A stretch of DNA of 64,000 nucleotides from Candidatus Poribacteria bacterium (GCA_965215015.1 OZ244042.1:192001-256000), one strand, 5' to 3'; counted from the stretch's first letter, positions 10,395-21,014 are shown. Numbers and translations: made by a program. The notes: a model not told the origin generated them from the sequence alone.

Positions 10395-10775
10395 CTGTAC
10401 ACATACCCGTAGGTCGAGCATCTTGCCCAGTCTGTAATCTTTAGTTCATAGTAGCGCAATTCATTGCGCGTGAAAGTAGATCGGGTCTCTTGCCCAGCCT
10501 ATAACCCCGTATAGAAACTCGACCTACAGGCTCTCTAGCAACTTGCGTTAGTATAATGGAATTAAAGTGCCGAGATGGAAGCCGAAGCGGGTGGGAGACC
10601 CAACCCCTACCCGTTGAGGGAGATTGAGGGATACACCCACCAGGGCCTATTTATGAGCACCCTTTAAATAATTAGCAACTAATTTGCAATACAAATTACA
10701 CTTTTTTTGAGATCTATTCGTTTAAAATATTGATGGATTTGTTTGAGGCTTTAATTTTTATCAGAATCTTCCGAT

Positions 10776-11072
10776 CTAAAACCCCCTCTCTTCAGACGGG
10801 GATAGAGATTGGCGACGAGTAAGACCTGCTCGGCTTGCGGGACCGTCAATGAAACCTTGAATCTGCGAGATAGGACGGGGCAATGTCCAAGCTGCCATAC
10901 ACAGTTAGATAGAGACCGCAACGCCACGGTTAATATCTATCGGGTTGGAGCGTCACCCCTTGCTGGAGAAAGGGCAAACCCATCTGCCGATGGCTCACTT
11001 CGTTGAGTGCACAATTCCAATCCTAAAGGGATAGTGAAGAATCCAAACCCTGTAGGTGTAGGAGTACGTCAA
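10776..11072 (+). mobile_element. tnpB: Internally deleted IS200/IS605-family element carrying only the 3' end of tnpB
   Basis: Left-end-like hairpin CTAAAACCCCCTCTCTTCAGACGGGG; ORF 10809-11006 'TSKTCSACG...CPSC...DRDRNATVNI' (TnpB Zn-ribbon/RuvC-III); right end GAATCC...GGAGTACGTCAA. Confidence 0.8.
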
Positions 11073-11102
11073 CCCTAAATTCCTTACAAAGGAGAAAAAC
11101 CA

Positions 11103-11999
11103 ATGTTAAATTCTGTTTGGAGACAAAGACAATATATCGCACTTGCTACCTTGCTACTGGTTGTTGTTGCGAGTCCGATAGTGCTGGCAGCGGAGAAGAT
11201 TCAGTGGGAGGAGTCAATCGAGAAAGGATTGGCAGAAGCTAAAAAAACAGGCAAACCAGTCATGATGGATTTCTACACCGAATGGTGAGGTTGGTGTAAG
11301 CGGCTGGATGCCGATACATTTACAGATCCAAAAATCGTTGCGCTCTCGAAAAAATTTGTTAACCTCAAGGTCAATCCCGAAGATACAGACCACCCTGAAA
11401 ATGAGGAGGCCCGCATCAAGTACGGCGTGAGTGGGTATCCTGTGGTTGTGTTTCTCAGTGCTGAAGGGGATTTGATCCGTCTCAACCCCGGTTATAGTCC
11501 GCCGGAGGAATTTTTTGGGGTGATGGAAAGTATCTCCAAAGAGGAAGAGGCGTTTAATAAATTAAAAGTAGCGATTCAGAAGAATCCAGATGATTCAAAG
11601 GCTAATGCCGAACTTGCACTGATTTACATCAACCGCGGCAAACTGGAACAGGGGAAACCCCTATTCGATAAGGTTGTAAAAAAGGACCCAAATAACGAGA
11701 CGGGGCTTTTACCGGAATTGTATGTGAATCTTGCGCTCCATTATGGACTGAACGCTACTGGTGATAATGAGAAGGACTATTTCCAGAAGGCGGAAGAGCT
11801 TTTCCAAAAGGTCATCGACACCTATCCGGACAGCAAATTTTATGAAGACGCACAGTATTATTTGGGGGTTACCTACGCGGTTCAAGAGAAATTTGAGTCG
11901 GCAATTGCAATACTTGAGAAGTTAAGGGACGCCAAAAATGAAGAGATTCGACGGGAGGCAGCAACTTGGCTGGAGCGTCTCGAAAGCTCGATGAGGTAA
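11103..11999 (+). CDS. Exported thioredoxin-like + TPR protein with UxxC motif (putative selenoprotein, in-frame UGA at 11286-11288)
   Basis: ORFs 11103-11288 and 11427-11999 are in the same frame with no other stop; read-through gives 'KPVMMDFYTEW-U-GWCKRLDADTF...GVSGYPVVVF' followed by TPRs; N-terminal signal peptide. Confidence 0.85.
11295..11318 (+). promoter_or_regulatory. Putative bacterial SECIS hairpin
   Basis: TGTA-AG-CGGC-TGGAT-GCCG-A-TACA; G-containing apical loop begins 16 nt after the UGA. Confidence 0.6.
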
Positions 12000-12110
12000 T
12001 GAGTTATCAATTGTGCCGTGACAAATTCTGTCGTTGGTGGATTGGATAAATTCGAGAACCTGTCAATTTGCGTGTGACGGTGCAGTTATAATCTTGAGCA
12101 CATTTACCAG

Positions 12111-12150
12111 AAAAGCCCATATCCAATGAGAATTGGTGTGGGCTTTTTTA
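12111..12150. terminator. Rho-independent terminator, possibly bidirectional
   Basis: AAAAGCCCATA...TGTGGGCTTTTTT. Confidence 0.7.
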
Positions 12151-12324
12151 TTATTACTGGGAATAGAATCCTGCTAGCTAGAGGCACACGCGTATGTTGC
12201 AGAAGTTGCTATAATCACCGCTTGTCAACCCAGATCGCTTCATGCTATAATACCGCTCAATCCAATGCTCTAAAAAGAGATTTTACCGGCTCCCACAACT
12301 TCCCACTTTCAGGGATGGTCAGTG

Positions 12325-13836
12325 ATGAACACTTCTACCAAACTATGGGGCGGGCGATTTCGCTCCGAGTTGTCAACTGAAACCGAGGACTTTACACAAT
12401 CCATTGAGATCGATTCACGCCTAGTTGCACATGACATCTGGGGCAGTCAGGCACACGCAATTATGTTGGCTCGGCAGGGTATCATTTCTGATGACGATCT
12501 TCAGCAAATCCTGTATTGGTTGAGCAAGGTGGAATCGGATTTTCGCGAGGGGAAGTTTGTTCTCAAACCTGAAAAGGAAGATGTCCACATGAATGTGGAG
12601 TCCTACCTCATTGAAGGTGCAGGAAGTGAGTATGGCGGAAAACTTCACACCGCCCGCTCTCGGAATGATCAGGTCCTTGTTGATGCACATCTCTATGTTC
12701 GTGAACAACTCCTCGACACACAGCAGGGCGTATCACGTTTGTGCCGGGCGTTTCTCTCTATCGCACGGGAACATACGGAAACAGTGATGCCGGGCTATAC
12801 ACACACACAGCACGCACAGCCAATCAGCCTCGGGTTTTGGGCAACAGCCTATGTCAGCATGTTCCTCCGCGATCAGAAGCGGTTGGTCGCTGCTTACGAA
12901 CTGGTAAATCTCAATCCGCTCGGGGCTTGCGCGCTTGCAGGAACCTCCTTTTCAATCAATCGGGGTTTGACAACCCAGTTGCTCGGCTTCGATGGGCCCC
13001 ATGAACATGCGTTGGACGTAATTAGCTCCCGCGATTTTATCGCTGAACCCCTTTTCGCGCTGACGCTGCTGATGGCTACCCTTTCAAGGCTCGGTGAAGA
13101 GATTGTTTACTGGACAGCTTATGAGTTTAATATTGCAACGCTCGCTGATGCGTATGCGACGGGCAGCTCGATCATGCCCCAAAAAAAGAACGCCGATATC
13201 GCAGAATTGACACGCGGACGGACAGGACGGGTTTATGCAGCCCTTATGGACCTATTGACGAATCTCAAAGGACTGCCTACGGGATATAATCGCGATCTCC
13301 AAGAGGATAAACCCCCCCTGTGGGGCGCGTTTGATGTTACTCAATCTTGTTTGGAAATTTTGCCCGGCCTGCTTGAGACACTCGACTTCAACACAGATCG
13401 GTTGGAACTGCTCGCCAACGCTAACTTTGCAACAGCAACGGAGCTCGCCAATTTCCTTGTTAGTGAACAGGGACTGCCTTTCCGAAAATGTCATGAGATA
13501 GTTGGGAGTGTTGTGGGAGGTCTAGCGAAACAGGGGAAAACCTTTGGAGATTGGGAGGAAACGCAAGAACTGTTACACGCTGAGGGTATTAATCTATCTA
13601 TCCCTCAACTCCAATCCATTCTCGATCCGAAACTTTCTCTCCACAGGAACCGAAGCCTTGGAGGGACATCGCCCACAGAGGTGAAGCGGATGGTGGAAGA
13701 ATTTGAGGAAAAGCTGAACGAAATTGACACCCAGATTGGCTCGCGGCAGGAACAGATTAATGCCGCTTACCAGAAAACGCTTCGAGTTATTGAACAGGTG
13801 CTAGACGGTAAAACGATTGCAGAGGTCAGTTTCTAA
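12325..13836 (+). CDS. argH: Argininosuccinate lyase
   Basis: 'KLWGGRF', 'HTARSRNDQ', 'MPGYTH.Q.AQP', 'TGSSIMPQKKN', 'YNRDLQEDK'. Confidence 0.96.
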   Translation: MNTSTKLWGGRFRSELSTETEDFTQSIEIDSRLVAHDIWGSQAHAIMLARQGIISDDDLQQILYWLSKVESDFREGKFVLKPEKEDVHMNVESYLIEGAGSEYGGKLHTARSRNDQVLVDAHLYVREQLLDTQQGVSRLCRAFLSIAREHTETVMPGYTHTQHAQPISLGFWATAYVSMFLRDQKRLVAAYELVNLNPLGACALAGTSFSINRGLTTQLLGFDGPHEHALDVISSRDFIAEPLFALTLLMATLSRLGEEIVYWTAYEFNIATLADAYATGSSIMPQKKNADIAELTRGRTGRVYAALMDLLTNLKGLPTGYNRDLQEDKPPLWGAFDVTQSCLEILPGLLETLDFNTDRLELLANANFATATELANFLVSEQGLPFRKCHEIVGSVVGGLAKQGKTFGDWEETQELLHAEGINLSIPQLQSILDPKLSLHRNRSLGGTSPTEVKRMVEEFEEKLNEIDTQIGSRQEQINAAYQKTLRVIEQVLDGKTIAEVSF

Positions 13837-13852
13837 TTAAGGAAGGGAAAAA

Positions 13853-15382
13853 ATGAGGATTGGGATTGCCGGTCTCCATCATGAGACCAACACCTTTGCT
13901 TTGGAACAAAACGATACCATGGATACTGTCCATATCCAGCGTGAGGAGGCTTTGCTTGCTGCACACCCTAAGAATTTTATCGGCGGCTTTGTGGAGGGTG
14001 TCAAGCGATCCGATGTAGAACTGGTTCCCACTGTCGGAATTGGCTTCGCCCACGGGGGCATCATCCATGCCGAAGTTTACCAGCACTGTCGTGATATGAT
14101 TGTGACAGGTTTGCAGGAGGCGGAACCACTGGATGGCGTCTATTTTGCCCTTCATGGAGCGATGGTCGCAGAAACGCCCTATACCGATGCCGAGGGCGAA
14201 TTGGTGAAGGAAGCGCGGCGGGCCTTGGGGGATATCCCTATGGTTGGCACTTACGACTTTCACGCTATCATGAGCGACAAGGAGGTCGAGACGCTGGTCC
14301 CGTTCCCTAATAACACCAATCCCCATATTGATGGCTACGAGCGCGGATTGGAGGCGGCGGAGTGTCTGCTTCAGATGTTAGATGGAAAAATCAATCCAGT
14401 CACTCAGCGGGTGTTTGTGCCAATCATTGGTCCCAATATCGGTCAGAGCACTTGGTCACATCTGCCGGAGGAGGAGCAGGGACTGCTCCTCTATCAGTTG
14501 AACGAAAAACGGGCGGAGATGGAAAAGACTCCCAAGGTTATCAATATCACCATTCTCGGCGGATACGGGTACGGTGATTCCCCGGATGCGGGTATGTCAG
14601 TCATAGCGACAACTGATGGCGATCCGGAACTCGCCAAGCGACTGGCGCAAGAGTTGGCTGAGGACCTATGGGATCAACGGGAACGACTGAAGACGGTGCG
14701 ACCGATACAGCCCATTGATGAAGGTGTGAAAATGGCGATGGCTGATCCGCGAAAGCCAACTCTCTTGGTAGATTTAGGGGATGATCCCGGCAGTGCCTGC
14801 CCTGCTGATAGTCCGGCAGTGTTGGAAAGCCTCCTCCGTTGTGGGGCACAGGATTGCGCGCTCACTATCCGAGACGCAGAAGTGGTGCGCGCCGGCATAG
14901 CAGCCGGAGTAGGCGCAAATCTCAACATCACAGTGGGAGGCGAGATTGATCAACGCTTCTACCAACCACTAAAAATAACAGGTCAGGTCAAGTCCATTGA
15001 CGATGGCAGGTACATGATCTGCGGGCCCACCCATGGCGGTTGGGGTCGTGAAGTCAATAAGGAATCATTTCGTGAGGCGAATGTGGGTAAGCGAGTGGTG
15101 CTGCGCATCGGAAATAAAATTGACGTCATCTTCTCCCAACGGCGGACCGGCAAAGACCGAGATTTTTTTAAGAGTGCCGGTATCCTCTTGGAGGAGAAAC
15201 AGATTCTCGTTGTCAAATCTAATCAGGCACATCGTGCCTCCTTTGATCCGGTCGTTGCTGGCACCATCGAATTAGACACCCCTGGCGTCAGCACTGTGAA
15301 CTACGCTGCTCTTCCCTATCGCTATCTATGCCGCCCGATTTGGCCTATTGATGAGGAGATAGATTGGATAGCTTCTGCGTAA
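13853..15382 (+). CDS. M81 family metallopeptidase (MlrC-like)
   Basis: 'HETNTF', 'LHGAM', 'DFHA', 'PHID', 'D.GDDPGS', 'LVVKS..AHRA.F'. Confidence 0.9.
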   Translation: MRIGIAGLHHETNTFALEQNDTMDTVHIQREEALLAAHPKNFIGGFVEGVKRSDVELVPTVGIGFAHGGIIHAEVYQHCRDMIVTGLQEAEPLDGVYFALHGAMVAETPYTDAEGELVKEARRALGDIPMVGTYDFHAIMSDKEVETLVPFPNNTNPHIDGYERGLEAAECLLQMLDGKINPVTQRVFVPIIGPNIGQSTWSHLPEEEQGLLLYQLNEKRAEMEKTPKVINITILGGYGYGDSPDAGMSVIATTDGDPELAKRLAQELAEDLWDQRERLKTVRPIQPIDEGVKMAMADPRKPTLLVDLGDDPGSACPADSPAVLESLLRCGAQDCALTIRDAEVVRAGIAAGVGANLNITVGGEIDQRFYQPLKITGQVKSIDDGRYMICGPTHGGWGREVNKESFREANVGKRVVLRIGNKIDVIFSQRRTGKDRDFFKSAGILLEEKQILVVKSNQAHRASFDPVVAGTIELDTPGVSTVNYAALPYRYLCRPIWPIDEEIDWIASA

Positions 15383-15557
15383 CGTCTAGGGAGAATTTGC
15401 TATTATTCAATCCATTCAATCAGCTCTGTTTGCTGTGTCAAGAACACAACTCGGAATTTGTACTTTTGCGATGTCAATTTTCAGTTCCGGTACTGATGCT
15501 AACAGGTTAGTTGTCGTACGGAACGTAAACCTTTCCAATCAGAACAGGAGATTGTTG

Positions 15558-16385
15558 ATGGAACAGCAACCACGACAGAAATATCAACTCACCCTTGATC
15601 AGCGGCACTTCTTTGGAACACAAGGTTATCTGAAAGTTGAAGGGCTGCTGAGTAAAGAAGATCTTCGTGAACTCGATCGCCACTCGATGGATATGGCGAT
15701 GGGGAAGGTTGACTTCAGCCAACTGGAAGGGATTATGCCCAGAAATGAGGGAGATACCCCCACGGATATGGAGGATAAGTATTTCCGATTCATCCAATTT
15801 CACCGTCATCTGGAAATCCATGAACGGTTTATACTACACCTCCGCATCCTTGATGTGCTTGAGACCTTGATCGGCCCCGATGTCATGGCAATGCAGTCAA
15901 TGCTTTTCCTTAAGCCGCCGCAGAAATCCGGTCAAGCTTATCATCAGGATTCTTTTTATATAAAAACTGCTCCGGATACGCTGTGCGGAGCTTGGATAGC
16001 CATTGATGATTGTGATCAGGAGAACGGCTGCATGTATGTTGTTCCCGGCTCCCACTTACACCCAATTTATGAGGAGGTGGCACTGCCGGACAATACCGAC
16101 GATTTTCAGGAAAGGTTGACCGAAATTGTAGGGGTGGAGGAACGCAGCGAGGTAGCGGCAACTGCCAAGGCCGGAGATGTCATATTCTTCCATGGTCATC
16201 TTATCCATAGATCTAAGCAGAATCGATCAAAAGACCGATTTCGGCGGGCCTACGTCTGCCACTATGCTAACGCCCGATCCTATACCGAATGGGGCGACGG
16301 CAATCAGAATCATATTCTTGCTCGCGGGGCGACGCATTTGCCGTTTGCGACACCTCGTTTTGTTACGCATGATCCGCTTGGATAA
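15558..16385 (+). CDS. Phytanoyl-CoA dioxygenase (PhyH) family protein
   Basis: 'HQD' and distal 'H.S..N.S...RR'; 'AWIAIDD...ENGC.YVVPGSH'. Confidence 0.9.
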   Translation: MEQQPRQKYQLTLDQRHFFGTQGYLKVEGLLSKEDLRELDRHSMDMAMGKVDFSQLEGIMPRNEGDTPTDMEDKYFRFIQFHRHLEIHERFILHLRILDVLETLIGPDVMAMQSMLFLKPPQKSGQAYHQDSFYIKTAPDTLCGAWIAIDDCDQENGCMYVVPGSHLHPIYEEVALPDNTDDFQERLTEIVGVEERSEVAATAKAGDVIFFHGHLIHRSKQNRSKDRFRRAYVCHYANARSYTEWGDGNQNHILARGATHLPFATPRFVTHDPLG

Positions 16386-16536
16386 CGTTCCAATTCGGTT
16401 TTTGGTGGATCTTCCAAAATAGTGGGCACGCTCCGTCCTACCAGCCTATGCATAATGGTTACGGTATACAGATACCTACTACTAGCAACTTAAGCTATAT
16501 CAATTGGTTGCGTTGAAATTCGGAAAGGAGATTTCG

Positions 16537-17388
16537 ATGAAAAATCAAGATTTCAAACTGACGGATCAACAGATCAATTTCTTTCAGACCTTTGGCTATC
16601 TGAGTTTTCCTGGACTTCTAGCAGACCGTAGTGAGGAAACCATCAAGGCCTTTGAAGCGGTTTGGACGGAACGTGGGGGAGGCCATAACGGAAAACCCCA
16701 CGAGGGGACAGCGCGCTCCTGTATCGTTCCATTCATCGATCAGAGCGAATATTTATCGTCTCTGTTGGACGACCCCCATATATTGGGGATAGCGACCACG
16801 ATTCTCGGCGACAACTTCAACTATATGGGTAGTGATGGGAACTACTACGTTGGAGATACGCGTTGGCACTCCGATGGAGGACACAAGCCGGAGGACCCTA
16901 CCCACATCAAAATCGCGTTTTACCTCGATCATTTAACCCGTGATACCGGTGCCCTGCGGGTCATCCCCGGCAGCCATCTATTTGGGGATGGTTATGCGGA
17001 TCGGCTTCAGGAGGAAATTCGGGCAAGCGAAGCAGAATGGGGTGTCCAGGGCAAGGATGTACCGGCAATCGCATTTGAGACACAGCCGGGGGATGTGGTG
17101 TGCTTCAATCACAATACCAAGCATGCTGCGTTTGGCGGGGGCACACGCCGGCGGATGTTTACGATGAACCTTTGTGAACGCTATCCTGAGGACCGTTTGG
17201 AAGATTTACGCGCCTACATCGGCAACTCGGCGCGTTTCTGGATTGATCGTAAATATGGTCCAAAGATGATCGCTACTGCGGGAGCGGAGCGGATGGGGCA
17301 CCTAGAACAGGTAATGGCTAACGATGGCCATCTCGCTGAGCTGTCCCGTAAAGCGCGGGAGACAATGATCGAACCTTCGCGGGGTTAA
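16537..17388 (+). CDS. Phytanoyl-CoA dioxygenase (PhyH) family protein
   Basis: 'FFQTFGYL', 'WHSD', 'GALRVIPGSH', 'PGDVVCF.H.TKH'. Confidence 0.9.
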   Translation: MKNQDFKLTDQQINFFQTFGYLSFPGLLADRSEETIKAFEAVWTERGGGHNGKPHEGTARSCIVPFIDQSEYLSSLLDDPHILGIATTILGDNFNYMGSDGNYYVGDTRWHSDGGHKPEDPTHIKIAFYLDHLTRDTGALRVIPGSHLFGDGYADRLQEEIRASEAEWGVQGKDVPAIAFETQPGDVVCFNHNTKHAAFGGGTRRRMFTMNLCERYPEDRLEDLRAYIGNSARFWIDRKYGPKMIATAGAERMGHLEQVMANDGHLAELSRKARETMIEPSRG

Positions 17389-17516
17389 GTGCTGCCCTAG
17401 CGGGACTGGCTCGTGTCGTTATCCCTCATTTCACACAACTACAATTTGCGTTCAGGGGTTCAATGGACCTAATACATCCTTGAACTTCTGAACCTTTTAT
17501 CATCTGCACAGGTTAG

Positions 17517-18557
17517 CTAAAAGGTTGACTGCACCCTTTCTACCTTCCCACTCCTTGCGGACCGCTCACACGCATCCAGCACAGCGATAACCTTCGTACC
17601 CACCTCTGCGTTGATTAGCGGTTGTTTATCATGCTTGAGGCAACCTTCAAAGTGCAGCATATAACGCACAACTTCGCCGATATGTCCGACATCGGCGACT
17701 TCATCCCCCTCCATCGAAACAACCTCTTCGACAGGAATAACACTGCGATGATTATCATCGAAAATTGCATTCCCATTGACGACGCTGCCGGCTGTTCCGT
17801 AGACCGATAGTCCTAGCATTGGCATCGGCGGATGACAGAGTCCGTAAAGCCCAAGCACACGTCCGAGCCGTCCATCCTCATAGATTAGATTGACCATCCA
17901 GTTATCATTGAAATGCCCTGCGCCTGCCGGATACCGCTTATCAATTCCGCTTTCGTGGGCGATTGTATGTACAGCACTGGGGAAACCGAGGAACCAGATA
18001 ATGAGATCCATCGGATGGCACAACCCACCGTAGAGCGTTTTCTGGGGCATCTGGTGTCTCCAGGGTGTCGCTGTGAGTACGCCACGCATATCGTGCACGT
18101 AATGGGCTTCGACTGCGACGATGCTGCCAAGCCTCCCAGAATCCATTAATCGGTGCGTGTGCATGAAGTCCGCTCGAAAGCGACAGGTCTGCCCAACCAT
18201 GAGCTTCAAACCGGTTTCCCGCGTTTTCTGTAACACATGAATCGCATCAGTCAGACTGTCAACGAAGCCTTTTGTGCAAATCACATGTTTACCACAATCA
18301 AGGGCATCGAGGCAGTGCTGTGCATGAAGCGGATCTGGTGTGTAGATGCCAACCATGTCGATTTCATCTCGCTGAAGCAGCTCTCGGTAATCCATCGTCG
18401 CAAACGGGACATTATATTCCGCACGGATACCTTCAAGCCGGTTCGCATCTGTATCGCAAACTCCACGAATTTCCAGAGCGGTATCGGGAATCTGTCGAAT
18501 CCCGAACATCGACTTTCCCATTCCCAATCCAATAATACCGACGCCAATTTTTTCCAT
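17517..18557 (-). CDS. Gfo/Idh/MocA family oxidoreductase
   Basis: 'VGIIGLGMG', 'TPDPLH', 'GKHVICTK', 'GGLCHPMD'. Confidence 0.9.
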   Translation of the reverse strand: MEKIGVGIIGLGMGKSMFGIRQIPDTALEIRGVCDTDANRLEGIRAEYNVPFATMDYRELLQRDEIDMVGIYTPDPLHAQHCLDALDCGKHVICTKGFVDSLTDAIHVLQKTRETGLKLMVGQTCRFRADFMHTHRLMDSGRLGSIVAVEAHYVHDMRGVLTATPWRHQMPQKTLYGGLCHPMDLIIWFLGFPSAVHTIAHESGIDKRYPAGAGHFNDNWMVNLIYEDGRLGRVLGLYGLCHPPMPMLGLSVYGTAGSVVNGNAIFDDNHRSVIPVEEVVSMEGDEVADVGHIGEVVRYMLHFEGCLKHDKQPLINAEVGTKVIAVLDACERSARSGKVERVQSTF

Positions 18558-19121
18558 GTTGCTATCTCCTCCTGTTTACGCGTAAAACTTGCACGTTTTC
18601 CACGCGAAAATGTGAAAATCGTTCCCATCTTAGAATTGAGAGTTTCGGCATAGACTCTCAATCGCATTACAAACTATTTCAAAGCATTACAAATAATTAC
18701 ATTTTACCCTTATCTCATGATTCAGATTCTTATTATTGATTATAGATTTGGATTATCGAAAAACTCCTTTAGGGCTAAAATCCTAATTTTTAGCAACGAC
18801 CCCGCGTGTTACGCGATGATTCGGGAGATGTTAAACCACGCTTTAGCACTGTTTTTCAAGACGACTGAAACAATTGCGTTGAACAATCTGCTTTTGACTA
18901 GGGCATGTCGACATTCTGCTGTTGCCAATTCAGCAAATGTCAACAGAACCTAGCAACAAATTATGAGATAGAATCCAAAAGCAAACCCGTCCCCAAGTAT
19001 ATCACAGAATTTTGCTTGTATAAAAATTCGGTTTGTGCTACAATATGGTAAATTTTTGGAAATTGTCATACCATAAACCATATTCGTTCACTTTAGAATG
19101 AATTTTTCCGAGGAGGTAACG

Positions 19122-19991
19122 ATGAAAAGTATAGCAGGAATAGCGATTGTTAGCATTGTTGTTTTTAGCATCATCCTCAGTGGCTGCGGCAAATTGAGCA
19201 AAGAAGAATTTGCCATGGAAATGGATAAATATAACCAACAAAATACAGCGGCACACACTGATTTAAGCAACCAAGTCTCAGAGGTTAGCGGCAAGGTTGA
19301 GGCTCAGGGGGAGGCTTTAAGGTCGGAAGTCTCTACGGCAAAAGAAGCTGCCATTACCGTCTCTCAACAAGGTGATGCAGATACAATTGCAGCTGCCAAA
19401 GAATTGGCTGAAAGTGGAGACGCTAAACTGCGTGAGGAGTTGATGCAGACCACAGATATGGTTGGCGAAAAGGCACAAGAGGCCGCCATGTCCGGAGATA
19501 AGAAACTCCAGGATCAGATTGCTGCGCTTGAAAAGAAGACCGAAATGCAAGCACAGAATATATCCGATTTGGAAGCTGCAATTATGGCAACCAAAAAGGA
19601 TCTCGCTGAAACGAAAGAGATGTCTGCCAAGCCGATGGTAGCGGCTACGGTTCAGTTCCCCAGCGGGAAAATTAGCTTGACTTCGGCTGCCATGGCGGCA
19701 CTTGATAAAGCGGCTGCAATGATTCAATCACATTCTAAGGCGTTGGTACTCGTTAAAGGCCACGCGGATGGCAGCCCTGTACTCCGGGGCAAATTCCGCA
19801 GCAATTGGGATCTTTCTCAAGCCCGCGCAGATTCAGTTGTGAAATATCTCCAGAGTAAAGGCGTGACGAACAAAATTGAGGCTCGTGGGCTTGGACACAC
19901 ACAACCAATTGCCCCAGTTAATACAAAAACGGGCCGCGCCCAGAACCGGCGAGCAGAAGTGATTGTGTATCCGACCGGCTCCATGATGTAG
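19122..19991 (+). CDS. OmpA/MotB-like peptidoglycan-binding lipoprotein with coiled-coil stalk
   Basis: Lipobox 'LSGC'; 'GHAD...NWDLSQARADSV..YL...GRAQNRRAE'. Confidence 0.9.
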   Translation: MKSIAGIAIVSIVVFSIILSGCGKLSKEEFAMEMDKYNQQNTAAHTDLSNQVSEVSGKVEAQGEALRSEVSTAKEAAITVSQQGDADTIAAAKELAESGDAKLREELMQTTDMVGEKAQEAAMSGDKKLQDQIAALEKKTEMQAQNISDLEAAIMATKKDLAETKEMSAKPMVAATVQFPSGKISLTSAAMAALDKAAAMIQSHSKALVLVKGHADGSPVLRGKFRSNWDLSQARADSVVKYLQSKGVTNKIEARGLGHTQPIAPVNTKTGRAQNRRAEVIVYPTGSMM

Positions 19992-20014
19992 CACTTCACA
20001 TTAGTATATAGCTT

Positions 20015-20060
20015 AAGGGAAATTGGGTGGAATCGGCTTCAACCCAATTTCCCTTTTTTT
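20015..20060 (+). terminator. Rho-independent terminator
   Basis: AAGGGAAATTGGGT...ACCCAATTTCCCTTTTTTT. Confidence 0.85.
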
Positions 20061-20291
20061 ATGAGGATAGCCTGAGCTGCTAGAGTAGTAGGCATACTTC
20101 GTATGCCGTAACCTCCCTTCCCCCTGCTGAATACCCGGTGGGTTGTCCGTCAAGTCTAGGTTCATTGAGCCTAGAACGGTCTGATACCGTGTGGGTATTC
20201 GGGATTAGAGGGGGCGGCACCACGGACCGGGCTTACTACTTTGGATAGCTGTCAAAACTGAGTTGTCCGAAATCACCCGCTTGGGGAGCGC

Positions 20292-20759
20292 ATGGCAAGC
20301 AAAAACCAACTATTTGAGTCAAATACGGAATTTATCGGTACCCGCGGCGTTAAGGAGTACCGCGAGACCATCCCTGTTTGGGTGAATACCGGTGATGTTG
20401 TGCTAGAAATCGGCTGTGAATGGGGAACGACAACTGCATTGATTGCACCGCATTGTAAGAAGGTGATTGGTACTGACATCAGTCCTAAGTGTATCGAGCG
20501 TGCACGGGAGATGCATCCTGACCTGCACTTTGAAATCCTAGATGGATTCGATGTCAAGGCAGCACTTGAGCTCGGTGAACAGTTCAACAAGGTCTATATT
20601 GATATATCCGGTTTGTCTGGCTACCGGTCCCTGCTTGATACGATTTCGTTGCTTATGATGTACGCAACCGTCCTGCGGCCGGAAGCAATTATCGTTAAGA
20701 GTAGTGCACTCAAACGTTTTGCTGCACACTGTATTCCTTGGCGGTCGGTGTCATCCTAA
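20292..20759 (+). CDS. Small class I SAM-dependent methyltransferase
   Basis: 'VVLEIGCEWG.T', 'VIGTDIS'. Confidence 0.8.
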   Translation: MASKNQLFESNTEFIGTRGVKEYRETIPVWVNTGDVVLEIGCEWGTTTALIAPHCKKVIGTDISPKCIERAREMHPDLHFEILDGFDVKAALELGEQFNKVYIDISGLSGYRSLLDTISLLMMYATVLRPEAIIVKSSALKRFAAHCIPWRSVSS

Positions 20760-21014
20760 CTATCATAACGTAAGTTGTTAAGTAGATATTTGGGTGTCGA
20801 GATATGAATCTCGACCTACAGGCTTCCCGTCGGTATTGAACCGGGCAGGAGGGTCAGGCAAGATGCCCGATCTGTGGGTTTGTGTCGGTTACGGTATACT
20901 CCGTCCCGATGGATTGGGATTCAAAGCAATATGCCTACCCCTTTTACGGCATGAGGAGGTTACGGCATACGACGTATGCCTACTACCATATTTATTAATT
21001 GCTGTTTAGGTCCC

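Noticed and set aside
10112-11102. Possible oriC next to mnmE
   Set aside because: No cluster of TTATCCACA DnaA boxes seen; the region is explained by REPs and an IS remnant
11103-11999. Two separate ORFs (61 aa and 190 aa) as given in the ORF track
   Set aside because: Same frame, with a continuous thioredoxin fold across a single TGA at the catalytic position
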